A DNA stretch of 32,000 bases from Edaphobacter aggregans (GCF_003945235.1 NZ_RSDW01000001.1:2760001-2792000); one strand, 5' to 3'; positions 8,640-18,339 are shown, numbered from the stretch's first letter. Notes: generated by a model not told the origin, from the sequence alone. Translations and numbers: made by a program.

Positions 8640-11318
8640 ATGCGTCTGCTAAGTCGACTCTGGGCATTAACCCGCCGTTCCAGCATAGATCGTGACATCG
8701 AAGAAGAGATGCAGGCCCACATGGCCATGCGCACCGAAGACAACATCGCCGCCGGAATGTCCGAAGAGAACGCCCGCCGCGACGCCCGCCTCCGCTTCGG
8801 CAACCCCGTCGCAGCAAAGGAGCACGTCGAAGGCATAGACCTCGCACTAGGCGTCGAATCGCTATGGCGCGATATCCGCTACGCCATCCGCGGCTACCGC
8901 AAAAGCCCTCTCTTCGCAGCCGTCGCCATCATCACGCTCGCGCTCGGCATCGGTGCAAACACGGCAATCTTTCAATTGCTCGACGCAGTACGCCTGCGCA
9001 GCCTTCCCATTCAGCGCCCGCACGAATTAGTAGACCTTCGCATCGTCGGCGGCAACCAGGGCTTCGGCGTCTCCGACTCCCAGTACTCGCAACTCACTCG
9101 CCCTCTCTGGCAGGAAATTCAACGCCATCACGACCCTCTCTCCGGCGTCTTCGCCTGGCGCACCAATCAGCAGATACTCGGCTCCATCAGCGATGGCCGC
9201 CGCATTCAAACCATCAACGTCACTGGCGACTTCTTCAGCGTCCTCGGCATTCAACCCTTGCAGGGAAGACTAATCGGCCCCGAAGATGAAGCAGCCGCCT
9301 GCACCGCGCCACGCGGCGTTGTCAGCTACCCTTACTGGCAGTCCCAGATGGGCGGTCGCCCCATCACTCCAGGCACCACCATCCTGATCGACAACCTGCA
9401 AGCCGAGATCATCGGCGTCGCACCACCCGAATTCTTCGGCCTTGCCGTAGGCGAGAGCTTCGATATGGCATTTCCCCTCTGCACACCCCGGACCATCTCA
9501 CGCGAATTCTTCGACGTCTCCGTCATGGGTCGCCTGAAACCAGACTGGACCCTCGACCGCGCCTCTGCCTACTTCGGCTCCATCAGCAAAGGAATGTTTG
9601 AAGCGGCGTTGCCCACGGGATACAGCTCGAAATCTACCGAGCAATTCAAAAACTTCCGCCTCGGCGCATACTCCGCATCGTCAGGCGTCAGCAACCTGCG
9701 GCAGGACTACGACAAATCTCTCTGGATCCTTCTCGCCATCACTGGCCTTGTGCTTCTCATCGCCTGCGCCAACCTGGCCAACCTCATGCTCGCTCGAGCC
9801 AGCAGCCGTCAGCGCGAAGTCGCAGTCTGCATGGCTCTCGGAGCCTCCCGAGGCCGCGTGCTGCGTCAACTTCTCATCGAAAGCAGCCTCCTCGCAGTCA
9901 CCGGAGCCGTACTCGGAATCGCCCTCGCCCAGGCCTTCAGCCGCGTCCTGCTCTTGGCCTTCGCCAACGGGAAAGATTCGATTCACCTCTCCATCGAAAC
10001 CGACTGGCGAGTCCTTCTCTTTGCCGCAACCGTGGCATCGCTCACCTGCGCCATCTTCGGAACTCTCCCGGCGTTCCGCATGTCCAAATCCGACCCCATT
10101 ACCGCACTGAAGACCGGCGACGGCCGAACCTCTGGCAGTCGCGAACGCTTCTCCGTGCAGCGTCTCATGGTCGTCACTCAAATCTCCGTCTCCATGGTCC
10201 TCCTCGTCGGCGCGCTCTTGTTCGTCCGCAGCTTTCGTAACCTCATGACTCTCAACCCCGGCATGCGCGAAAGCGGCATCACCGTCGGAACCTTCGGCTT
10301 CCCCCTATCCCATGTCGACCCCGCACACTACGAAGAGTTCAAGCGCCGCCTGTTGAATGAGGTCCACTCCGTACCAGGAGTCACCAACGCCACAACGACG
10401 ACCATGATCCCCTTGCTGGGAGGCAGTTGGGGACACCGAGTCAACGTCGGCTCCATGGAAGGCCCGTCGCAATTCACTTGGGTGAGTCCCGGTTACTTTC
10501 AGACCTTCGACATTCCCCTCATCGCCGGACGCAGCTTCAACGAGAACGACACCGACACATCGCCCCACGTAGCCATCGTCAATCAAACCTTCGTCCGCAC
10601 CTATCTCAACGATGTAAACCCCATCGGACAAACGCTACGCACCCAGGCCGAGCCGAAATATCCGTCCACGCTCTTCGAGATCGTCGGCGTAGTCCACGAC
10701 ACCAAGTACAACGAACTCCGCGGCGACACGCCCCCCATGGCCTTCGCCCCCGCAACCCAGTTCCCCCTCACCGCGCAAGGGCCATGGACCGTAGTGATCA
10801 TCGCCTCGAACCTCCCTTCCGCCACGATCACTGAAGCCATCAAGCGCAAAATCGGAGACACACACCCCGAGATACGCGTGAACTTTTTCGACTTCCAGCA
10901 GAGCATTCACGACAGGCTCCTTCGCGAACGCCTCATGGCGATCCTCTCCAGCTTCTTCGGCGCTCTAGCCGCCCTGCTCGTCATGGTCGGACTCTACGGC
11001 ATCATCTCCTACCTCGTCACCCGTCGCCGCAACGAGATCGGCATCCGCATAGCCCTCGGCGCCACACGCAGCCAGATTATCGGCCTGGTCATGCGCGACG
11101 CGGCCAGCATGTTGGCGATCGGCGCACTCATCGGCACGACATTGTCGCTGCTCGCAGGTCGCGGAGCAGGCTCCATCCTCTTCGGACTAAAGCCCTACGA
11201 CCCGGCAACACTCGCCTTCGCCGCAGCCTTCCTCGCCGTCATCGCGGCACTAGCCAGCTTCCTCCCGGCCTTCCGAGCGGCGCAGCTCAATCCAACAACA
11301 GCACTGCGTTGCGAATAA
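8640..11318 (+). CDS. ADOP-family duplicated FtsX/MacB-like permease
   Basis: 892 aa. The N-terminal 'permease prefix' reads IDRDIEEEMQAHMAMR...ARLRFGN. Two MacB-like periplasmic domains are each followed by an FtsX 4-TM module (..ACANLANLMLARAS.RQREVAVCMALGASR.. and ..RRRNEIGIRIALGATRSQI..). Pairing with PadR is typical of Acidobacteriota. Confidence 0.9.
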   Translation: MRLLSRLWALTRRSSIDRDIEEEMQAHMAMRTEDNIAAGMSEENARRDARLRFGNPVAAKEHVEGIDLALGVESLWRDIRYAIRGYRKSPLFAAVAIITLALGIGANTAIFQLLDAVRLRSLPIQRPHELVDLRIVGGNQGFGVSDSQYSQLTRPLWQEIQRHHDPLSGVFAWRTNQQILGSISDGRRIQTINVTGDFFSVLGIQPLQGRLIGPEDEAAACTAPRGVVSYPYWQSQMGGRPITPGTTILIDNLQAEIIGVAPPEFFGLAVGESFDMAFPLCTPRTISREFFDVSVMGRLKPDWTLDRASAYFGSISKGMFEAALPTGYSSKSTEQFKNFRLGAYSASSGVSNLRQDYDKSLWILLAITGLVLLIACANLANLMLARASSRQREVAVCMALGASRGRVLRQLLIESSLLAVTGAVLGIALAQAFSRVLLLAFANGKDSIHLSIETDWRVLLFAATVASLTCAIFGTLPAFRMSKSDPITALKTGDGRTSGSRERFSVQRLMVVTQISVSMVLLVGALLFVRSFRNLMTLNPGMRESGITVGTFGFPLSHVDPAHYEEFKRRLLNEVHSVPGVTNATTTTMIPLLGGSWGHRVNVGSMEGPSQFTWVSPGYFQTFDIPLIAGRSFNENDTDTSPHVAIVNQTFVRTYLNDVNPIGQTLRTQAEPKYPSTLFEIVGVVHDTKYNELRGDTPPMAFAPATQFPLTAQGPWTVVIIASNLPSATITEAIKRKIGDTHPEIRVNFFDFQQSIHDRLLRERLMAILSSFFGALAALLVMVGLYGIISYLVTRRRNEIGIRIALGATRSQIIGLVMRDAASMLAIGALIGTTLSLLAGRGAGSILFGLKPYDPATLAFAAAFLAVIAALASFLPAFRAAQLNPTTALRCE

Positions 11319-11348
11319 ACCCGGCCCAATCGATAGACCGCTAAACCA

Positions 11349-11846
11349 CTAAAGCTCCCGCTGCATCAACGTCACATCGCGCCACGCGCCAAACTTGAAC
11401 CCCACCTCGCGCAGCACCCCCACATCCGCAAACCCCTGCGAGGCATGCATCGCCACCGACGCCGGATTCTCCCCACCGATCACCGCGACCATCTGATGAC
11501 AACCCGCCGCCTTACACCGCACAATCAACTCCACCAGCAACCGTCTCCCGAGTCCCCGCCCCGCAAACTTCGCATCCAGATAAACCGAGTCCTCCACCGT
11601 AAACCGATACCCCGCGCGAGGCCGAAACGCCGTCGCATACGCATACCCCGCCACCGCACCATCCGGCGCCTCAGCGACGAGATACGGCAGTCCGGCATCC
11701 TGCACGGAACGCAACCGGCGCTCGATCTCCGCAGCATCCGGAGGCTCTAGCTCCAGCGTAGCCGTGCTGGTCAAAACGAAAAGCTCATAGATCGCCGCAA
11801 TCGCCCGCGCATCTTCCAGGCAGGCAGCTCGTACAAGAAAAGACAT
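11349..11846 (-). CDS. GNAT-family N-acetyltransferase (phosphinothricin/methionine-sulfoximine acetyltransferase-like)
   Basis: 165 aa with the PAT-like pattern R.A...DA.AIAAIY, then the GNAT motif A RGLGRRLL and GF...G.L...G.KFG.W.DV.LMQ. Confidence 0.8.
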   Translation of the reverse strand: MSFLVRAACLEDARAIAAIYELFVLTSTATLELEPPDAAEIERRLRSVQDAGLPYLVAEAPDGAVAGYAYATAFRPRAGYRFTVEDSVYLDAKFAGRGLGRRLLVELIVRCKAAGCHQMVAVIGGENPASVAMHASQGFADVGVLREVGFKFGAWRDVTLMQREL

Positions 11847-11903
11847 CTCCCCACTTTATTGCATCGTGCTGCGTGCAAAAAATAACCCGCCCCAGACAAA
11901 AAG

Positions 11904-12713
11904 CTAATGCATCCGTTGTTGCCCTTTTTGCGGCAAACCCTTCTCCGAAACCGGCCGCAGCATAGCTGCCGTAACTCCTCGATGCTTGCCGTCACGCGAG
12001 ACCATCAACGGATGCTGCAGCGTCACAATCACCGCCGTCGCCGGTTTATCACCGCAACACACATAGCTGTGGATTGTATTCGCGTCGAAGTACACGGCAT
12101 CCCCCGCCTCCAGCCTGTAGCTCCCCTCGCCATGCCGAACCTCCAGCACCCCTGTCAGCACGTAAAGAAATTCGCACCCAATATGCTGATGCGCCCGCGC
12201 CTCCTGTCCCACCTTGCCCGGAAGAAACTCCGCAAAATACGGATCAAGCTGACGGTCCGGAACCAGGTAACCCAGGCTCTCAAAGAAGTACGACGGATCA
12301 TTCGCTCCCGTCTGCGGCAGCCGCACCCGGTCCTTACGCCGGTGCACCCGGAACAGCGTCGTCGGCTCCGGCTCGAAGAAGTAGTTCAGATCTTTGGAGA
12401 AGACCATCGCAATCCGCGCCAGATTGCGCAGCGTCGGCACCACGCGCCCCGTCTCCAGCTGCGACAAAAAGCTCGCCGACAGCCCCGTATGCCGTCCCAA
12501 CTCCACCAGCCCCATCGACTTCTTCAGCCGCAAAGCCTTGATCCGTGCGCCGATGTGCTTCTCCGAGATAAACTCCTCGACCACCCCGCCATCCACCTGG
12601 AGATTCCCCGCATCAAACAAAGGGTGGGCCACTTTCTGAGCCATCGCCCCCGATGGAATCGGAGCCATCTCAACATGTGCTCTCACATGCGCTAAACCAT
12701 CTGTCTTAGACAT
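11904..12713 (-). CDS. XRE-family HTH transcriptional regulator with C-terminal cupin domain
   Basis: HTH segment IGARIKALRLKKSMGLVELGRHTGLSASFLSQLETGR. The C-terminal cupin reads GCEFLYVLTGVLEVRHGEGSYRLEAGDAVYFDANTIHSY. Several in-frame Met starts are possible. Confidence 0.85.
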   Translation of the reverse strand: MSKTDGLAHVRAHVEMAPIPSGAMAQKVAHPLFDAGNLQVDGGVVEEFISEKHIGARIKALRLKKSMGLVELGRHTGLSASFLSQLETGRVVPTLRNLARIAMVFSKDLNYFFEPEPTTLFRVHRRKDRVRLPQTGANDPSYFFESLGYLVPDRQLDPYFAEFLPGKVGQEARAHQHIGCEFLYVLTGVLEVRHGEGSYRLEAGDAVYFDANTIHSYVCCGDKPATAVIVTLQHPLMVSRDGKHRGVTAAMLRPVSEKGLPQKGQQRMH

Positions 12714-12888
12714 AAGCAGTACCTTTATTCGTTATCTAAAAAGATGTTGTGATCCAATCAAACGATGCCCGGGCGATTCCATCTTTGAATTCGATTTGTC
12801 CTCCACCCTCTCAGTACAAATGACTCACCCCAGCCTCGATGTTTCTCCATAGCGAACCCATGCTGCTGAAAATGCTAGGCTGTCAGCA

Positions 12889-14082
12889 GTGACGTTCGAA
12901 GCCAAACCCCACCGTCAACACCTCTGGCGAGCCCTCAGCACCACCCTCCTTCTGCCTCTGGCCATCGGCTGCGCCAGCCCCGGCCCGCCTCGTCCGCCAT
13001 CCCTGCACCTGCCGGAAGTCGTCACCGATCTCACCGCCCAGCGCATCGGCGACCACGTCCAGCTCCACTGGACCACCCCATCCAACACCACCGACGGCAT
13101 CAATATTACCGGCACGATGACGGCCCAGCTCTGCCGCGAGACCAAGCCCACCGCTCCCTCCCCATCCAGCGCCTGCACGCGGCTGCCCCACTTCTCCGTG
13201 CGCCCCGGCCCCTCGCAAACCATCGACCCTCTGCCTCCGTCCCTCACCATTGATCCCGTCACCCTCCTCGCCTATCACATCGAGATATTCAACGCCGCCG
13301 GCCACTCCGCAGGCCTCTCTGCACAAGCACTCACCGCGACCGGAGCCGCACCGCCACAAATCGAACACCTCCGCGCCACGCCCGCCCGCGTCGGCGCCAC
13401 GCTTGAGTGGCAATCCCCCAAAACATCCTCCCAAACATCCACTCAGACCGGCACGCCCATCCCAGCCTCCGTCGAACTCGACCGCATCCACCTCCCGAAC
13501 CCCTCAACCCCTCCGAAGCCCCCCGCCAAGACCCCACCCAGCACCGCATCGAAACCCACATCGAAGCCGGCATCCAAGCCACCCCTCCAATTCAGCGCAA
13601 ACACCCCCAACGAAGTCCACCTCACCACGAAAGACCACACCGACATCGGCGGAACCCTCGACACCACCGCCCTCAAAGGCGAGACCTACACCTACACTGC
13701 CCAACGCGTTCGCACCGTCACCCTCGACGGCCACACCCTCGAACTACGCAGCCCACTCACGCCCCCAGTAACCCTCCAGATCGCCGACATCTTCCCCCCA
13801 GCCATCCCCGCCGGCCTCGCCGCCGTCCCCTCCGCCCACTCCATCGACCTCTCCTGGCAGCCCGGCGCCGACCCCGACCTCGTCGGCTACCACGTCTACC
13901 GCCGATCACTCCCATCGCAAGAATTCGTACGCCTCACCCAAACCCCAGTCGTCGGCCCGGCCTTCAGCGACCAGACCGCCGAACCCGGCCACACCTACGC
14001 CTATCGCATCACCGCCATTGACGCCACCGGCAACCAATCCCCTCCCAGCACCGAAGTGCAGGAGACCCTAAGAGAGCCCTGA
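12889..14082 (+). CDS. Lipoprotein with fibronectin type III-like modules and a Pro/Thr/Ser/Lys-rich linker
   Basis: GTG start. Lipobox LPLAIGC follows a basic/hydrophobic leader. Three Fn3-like starts are present (DHVQLHWTTP, ATLEWQSP, HSIDLSWQPGADPDLVGYHVYRR...YAYRITAIDATGNQS). The low-complexity linker is at about 13495-13590. Confidence 0.75.
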   Translation: MTFEAKPHRQHLWRALSTTLLLPLAIGCASPGPPRPPSLHLPEVVTDLTAQRIGDHVQLHWTTPSNTTDGINITGTMTAQLCRETKPTAPSPSSACTRLPHFSVRPGPSQTIDPLPPSLTIDPVTLLAYHIEIFNAAGHSAGLSAQALTATGAAPPQIEHLRATPARVGATLEWQSPKTSSQTSTQTGTPIPASVELDRIHLPNPSTPPKPPAKTPPSTASKPTSKPASKPPLQFSANTPNEVHLTTKDHTDIGGTLDTTALKGETYTYTAQRVRTVTLDGHTLELRSPLTPPVTLQIADIFPPAIPAGLAAVPSAHSIDLSWQPGADPDLVGYHVYRRSLPSQEFVRLTQTPVVGPAFSDQTAEPGHTYAYRITAIDATGNQSPPSTEVQETLREP

Positions 14083-14083
14083 C

Positions 14084-14914
14084 ATGCGCTACTGCAAATT
14101 CCTATCCACCGAACACGGCGCCCCCACCCCCCGCTACGCCTTCGTCGAAGAGCGTAACTCCATCCTCTGGGCCGTCTCCCCCATGGAAGCCCCCGAAGAG
14201 GACCACCTCACCGGCTCCATCCCCATCCTTCCCCTGAACCCAACCCCTCTCACCGACCTTCGCCTCTTAGCCCCCGTCACGCCGTCGAAGATCCTCTGCA
14301 TCGGCCGCAACTACCGCGACCACGCCACCGAACTAGGCAACGAAGTCCCCAAAGAGCCCCTTCTCTTCCTTAAGCCCCCATCGGCCCTCCTCGCCCCCAA
14401 CGGAGTCATCCTCATGCCAGCCCTCTCGCAGCGCGTCGACTACGAGGGTGAACTAGCCATCGTCGTCGGCCGCCGCTGCCGTAACCTCGGCCCCGACGAA
14501 GACCCCCGCCCCTACATCCGCGGCTACACCATCGTCAACGACGTCACCGCCCGCGACATCCAAAAATCCGACGGCCAGTGGACCCGCGGCAAAGGCTGGG
14601 ACACCTTCTGCCCCACCGGTCCCATCGTCTCCAACGAAATCGACCTCTGCGGCTACAAAGACACCCCCGCCGCCACCGTCACCGTCACCACCCGCCTCAA
14701 CGGCACAGTCAAACAACACGGCAGCACCGCCGACCTCATCTTCCCCATCGCCGACTTACTCCGCTACATCTCCGCCACCATGACCCTCGAACCCGGCGAC
14801 CTCATCCCCACCGGAACCCCCGCCGGAGTAGGCCCAGTTCAGCCCGGCGACCACGTAGAAGTAGAGATCGACGGCCTTGGCACCCTCCAAAACACCTTCG
14901 CCCCAGAGCGTTGA
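14084..14914 (+). CDS. Fumarylacetoacetate hydrolase (FAH) family protein
   Basis: 276 aa with KILCIGRNYRDHA.E......PLLFLKP, DYEGELAIVVGR and the GDLI.TGTP.GVGP motifs of FAH-family hydratases/decarboxylases. The start lies 1 nt after the preceding stop. Confidence 0.88.
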   Translation: MRYCKFLSTEHGAPTPRYAFVEERNSILWAVSPMEAPEEDHLTGSIPILPLNPTPLTDLRLLAPVTPSKILCIGRNYRDHATELGNEVPKEPLLFLKPPSALLAPNGVILMPALSQRVDYEGELAIVVGRRCRNLGPDEDPRPYIRGYTIVNDVTARDIQKSDGQWTRGKGWDTFCPTGPIVSNEIDLCGYKDTPAATVTVTTRLNGTVKQHGSTADLIFPIADLLRYISATMTLEPGDLIPTGTPAGVGPVQPGDHVEVEIDGLGTLQNTFAPER

Positions 14915-15029
14915 CAATCAAACCCAACCAAATCAATCGCCTTCGCTCTTATCAGCCTTTATCGTTTAATTCACCGTTACGCCTTTAAGATCCGCGCCCT
15001 CCGTACAAATCTGCGGTCACCCAAAACCA

Positions 15030-15056
15030 AATCGGTGGAATCGGTGCAAATCGGTG
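15030..15056 (+). repeat. Three direct AATCGGTG repeats at 9-10 bp spacing
   Basis: AATCGGTG occurs at 15030-15037, 15039-15046 and 15049-15056, about 95-120 nt upstream of the transaldolase ATG. Related ATCYGCGG motifs lie just upstream at 14990-15018. Confidence 0.6.
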
Positions 15057-15149
15057 TTAAGCCTCTTGCCCCAGGAATTCACCCATTCTTCCAAACGCAA
15101 CCCCACAGGGCTTGATAAAATCTAACGTAAGACAGCAAGGAGCAAAACA

Positions 15150-16142
15150 ATGGCATCGTTACTAGAACAGCTTCGTGGCATGACCACAGTCGTCTCCGAC
15201 ACCGGCGACATCAACGCGATCGAGCAGTACAAGCCCCAGGATTCCACCACGAATCCCTCGCTCATCGCTGCAGCAGCCGGCATGCCTCAGTATCAGTCGA
15301 TCGTCGACGACGTCCTCAAGCATGCCCGTGAGACCGCCGGCCCCGGCGCGTCCGACAACGACGTCGCCCACCTCGCCTTCAAGTCTCTCGCCGTAGCCTT
15401 CGGCAAGAAGATCCTCGAGATCATCCCCGGCCGCGTCTCCACCGAAGTCGACGCCCGCCTCTCCTACGACACCAAGGGCTCCATCGAGACCGCCCGCGAC
15501 ATCATCGCCCAGTACGAGGCCGCCGGCATCTCCCGCAACCGCATCCTCATCAAGCTCGCCTCCACCTGGGAAGGCATCCAGGCCGCCGAGATCCTCGAGA
15601 AGGAAGGCATCCACTGCAACATGACCCTCCTCTTCGGTCTCCACCAGGCCATCGCCTGCGCCGAAGCCAAGGTCACCCTCATCTCCCCCTTCGTCGGCCG
15701 CATTCTCGACTGGTACAAGAAGGACACCGGCAAGGATTACACCGGAGCCGACGACCCCGGCGTCATCTCCGTCACCACCATCTACAACTACTACAAGCAC
15801 TTCGGCTACAAGACCGTCGTCATGGGCGCCAGCTTCCGCAACACCGGCGAGATCATCGAGCTCGCAGGCTGCGACCTCCTAACCATTGCGCCCAAGCTGC
15901 TCGGTGAACTCGAAGCCGCTGAAGGCACCCTCGTCCGCAAGCTCGACCCAGCCAAGGCCAAGGATCTCAACATCGAAAAGATCCCCATGGACAAGGCCAC
16001 CTTCGACAAGATGCACGCCGAAGACCGCATGGCGAACGACAAGCTGAAGGAAGGCATCGAAGGCTTCTCCAAGGCCCTCGAAGATCTCGAAAAGGCCCTC
16101 GAAAAGCGCCTCGCCGAGATCAGCCAGCCCGTCAACGCCTAG
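15150..16142 (+). CDS. tal: Transaldolase (TalB type)
   Basis: 330 aa. [29 protein letters not shown] and [31 protein letters not shown] match classical transaldolase. AAGGAG lies 7 nt upstream of the ATG. Confidence 0.95.
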   Translation: MASLLEQLRGMTTVVSDTGDINAIEQYKPQDSTTNPSLIAAAAGMPQYQSIVDDVLKHARETAGPGASDNDVAHLAFKSLAVAFGKKILEIIPGRVSTEVDARLSYDTKGSIETARDIIAQYEAAGISRNRILIKLASTWEGIQAAEILEKEGIHCNMTLLFGLHQAIACAEAKVTLISPFVGRILDWYKKDTGKDYTGADDPGVISVTTIYNYYKHFGYKTVVMGASFRNTGEIIELAGCDLLTIAPKLLGELEAAEGTLVRKLDPAKAKDLNIEKIPMDKATFDKMHAEDRMANDKLKEGIEGFSKALEDLEKALEKRLAEISQPVNA

Positions 16143-16167
16143 TCAATCATCAAGTCCCACCAAAAGA

Positions 16168-16200
16168 GGCCGCGCCCACAAAGCGCGGTCTTTTCCTTTT
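16168..16200 (+). terminator. Rho-independent terminator after tal
   Basis: GGCCGCGC-CCACAAA-GCGCGGTC stem-loop followed by TTTTCCTTTT, starting 26 nt after the tal stop. Confidence 0.7.
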
Positions 16201-16283
16201 CCATCGCACTCAATCCGCAAACCTAGACCAGACCGACTCGACCCTCGTCTAACAAAGCAGCCTCGTCTGGAGTTTGCCTTTTG

Positions 16284-17105
16284 ATGAACTGTTCGTCTCG
16301 GAAATACCCCTCGGCCTCTCTTACTTTCACCGCGTTCAGACGAGCCGTTCTCGCCCTCTCGCTCGCCGCATCGCCCCTCGCAGCCAGCGCCCAGAACGCC
16401 GTCATCAAAGTTCCCCCGATAAAGATCCCTCTCGACGTCAAGGGCCAGCCCATCACCATCACCGCCTCGGCCATCCTGACCGTCTCGACGAAGAACCGTA
16501 CCCTCACGACCCTCCATCTCCAACTCACCGGCGATCTGTCCGATCTCCAGGCCAACCTGACCTCACTCCTCAGCTCCCAGCTCGACAAGGATGACCGCTG
16601 CGGCGACCGCATCGCGATCCAGAACGCCACCCTGACTCCCACCGATCCCGCCAGCCAGGCCCTCGTTCAGCTTCACGTCGAACGCTGGGTCTGCATCAAA
16701 GCCCTCGGCAAGCAGGTAACCAGGCGCCTCATCAACGGCGACGCCCAGCTCCCCATCACACTCACCCCCGCCATCGACGAAGACGGCACCAGTCTCCGGC
16801 TCGTCCCCGAAGTCGGCGAGATCCAGGCCGACGGCTCCCTCGGCGAACTACTCCGCTCCGGTCTGCTCGGCGACACCATCCGCGAAAAGGTCCACAACAC
16901 GATCCTCTCCGCCCTGCAGAAGGGCACAGACCTCAACGCAACCCTTCCTCCAGCGGTACAGGGTTACGTCACCATCCAGAACGCCCAGTTCAAGGATGCC
17001 GGCGACGGTCGTCTCCTCGTAGTCCTCGACGGCGAAGCCCGCATCACTCAGGACCAGATACGTCTTCTCTCCGAACAAGTGAAAGAGCGCACCGCCTCGC
17101 GCTGA
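16284..17105 (+). CDS. Secreted hypothetical protein, family not recognised
   Basis: 273-aa ORF (ATG at 16284, one codon inside the TTG-started track ORF). Signal-like leader LALSLAASPLAASAQNA. Codon usage matches the neighbours. I recognise no motif. Confidence 0.6.
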   Translation: MNCSSRKYPSASLTFTAFRRAVLALSLAASPLAASAQNAVIKVPPIKIPLDVKGQPITITASAILTVSTKNRTLTTLHLQLTGDLSDLQANLTSLLSSQLDKDDRCGDRIAIQNATLTPTDPASQALVQLHVERWVCIKALGKQVTRRLINGDAQLPITLTPAIDEDGTSLRLVPEVGEIQADGSLGELLRSGLLGDTIREKVHNTILSALQKGTDLNATLPPAVQGYVTIQNAQFKDAGDGRLLVVLDGEARITQDQIRLLSEQVKERTASR

Positions 17106-17155
17106 CAATTCTTATCTTCCAATTCAAATCTCCCATGTTCAAATAGACCTTGATT

Positions 17156-18283
17156 ATGGGAACCTCCCCTCGGCCCCTTCCCCACATCCGCGAGCTCGAC
17201 GCCGTTCGCGGCCTGGCAGCTCTCATGGTCTTCTTCCATCACCTCTGCTTCACCTCAATCGACCCCGCTGCCTGGGGCAGAGGCATAAATCTCCTCTACA
17301 ACATCTCCGGCTGGGGCGCCTACGGTGTCGACCTCTTCTTCGTCCTCTCCGGCTTCCTCATCACCTCGCTCCTCATCAAAGACCGCGTCCACACCGCCTA
17401 CTATCGCGACTTCTACTGGAAGCGCGCCCTCAGGATCCTCCCCCTCTACCTCCTCTGCCTCCTTGGCCTCCTTCTTTTTGTGCGGCACTCCGGCAGTTAT
17501 GTCCTGTTGTCGGCCCTCTTCATCTCAAACTTCGCCTGGCTCTTCCACGTCCAGGCCACAGGCCCCTTCTGGACGCTCGCCATCGAAGAGCAGTTCTATC
17601 TCCTATGGCCGACCGTCGTCCGTCGCCGCTCCGTATCCGAACTCAGGCGCTGGGCTGTAACGATCATCCTTGGCTGCATCCTCCTACGCTTCATCGCCGC
17701 CTTCTTTGGTCATCACAATTACTTCTTCACCTTCTTCCGCTGCGACGGCCTCGCCGCCGGCGCCCTCCTCGCCTGCTGGTACGAACGCAGACAGACCACC
17801 CCACCCAACACCCTCAGCGAACACATCGCCATCGGCGCCGCCATCCTGACCGGCACGCTCATCTTCGTCGTCACGTCCCTCTACTCTCCATCGCCCGACA
17901 CCAACGCGCTGTTCGCCGCCCTGAACCAGACCGCTGCCGCCCTCCTCTGCGCCGGAGCCATCGCCTTCCTCATCGCCCACTCCGGCAAGCCCTGGCTCGG
18001 ACTCTTCCGCTCCCCCCTGCTCATCTTCTTCGGCCTCATCAGCTACGCCATGTACATGACCCACATCTACATCCTGCTGGCGTACGACCACCTCCGAGGC
18101 CCACTCCTCCCCGGCAACCTCGTCTCCTTCGCCACCCGTTTCTTCGGAGTCCTCGCCCTCACCATCCTGCTCTGCCTGCTCACCCGCTACCTCATCGAGC
18201 TGCCCGCAATCTCCCTACGCCGATTCGTCCTGACCAAACCCACCCCCAAAGCCGAGATCGAATCCACACTCCTCACGCAATAG
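17156..18283 (+). CDS. Acyltransferase family 3 integral membrane protein (O-acyltransferase)
   Basis: N-terminal IRELDAVRGLAALMVFFHH motif, about 10 hydrophobic segments, and WTLAIEEQFYLLWP, typical of Acyltransferase_3. Confidence 0.85.
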   Translation: MGTSPRPLPHIRELDAVRGLAALMVFFHHLCFTSIDPAAWGRGINLLYNISGWGAYGVDLFFVLSGFLITSLLIKDRVHTAYYRDFYWKRALRILPLYLLCLLGLLLFVRHSGSYVLLSALFISNFAWLFHVQATGPFWTLAIEEQFYLLWPTVVRRRSVSELRRWAVTIILGCILLRFIAAFFGHHNYFFTFFRCDGLAAGALLACWYERRQTTPPNTLSEHIAIGAAILTGTLIFVVTSLYSPSPDTNALFAALNQTAAALLCAGAIAFLIAHSGKPWLGLFRSPLLIFFGLISYAMYMTHIYILLAYDHLRGPLLPGNLVSFATRFFGVLALTILLCLLTRYLIELPAISLRRFVLTKPTPKAEIESTLLTQ

Positions 18284-18339
18284 TGCTTCCGACAACACAC
18301 TGACCCTTCGCCCAGGACGCCGCACCTAAGCAAACAGAG

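Noticed and set aside
13495-13600. Pro/Thr/Ser/Lys-rich repetitive segment (PSTPPKPPAKTPPSTASKPTSKPASKPP) that might be a DNA-level tandem repeat
   Set aside because: It is an in-frame low-complexity linker within the Fn3 lipoprotein. The similarity is at the amino-acid composition level, not a clean nucleotide tandem repeat.
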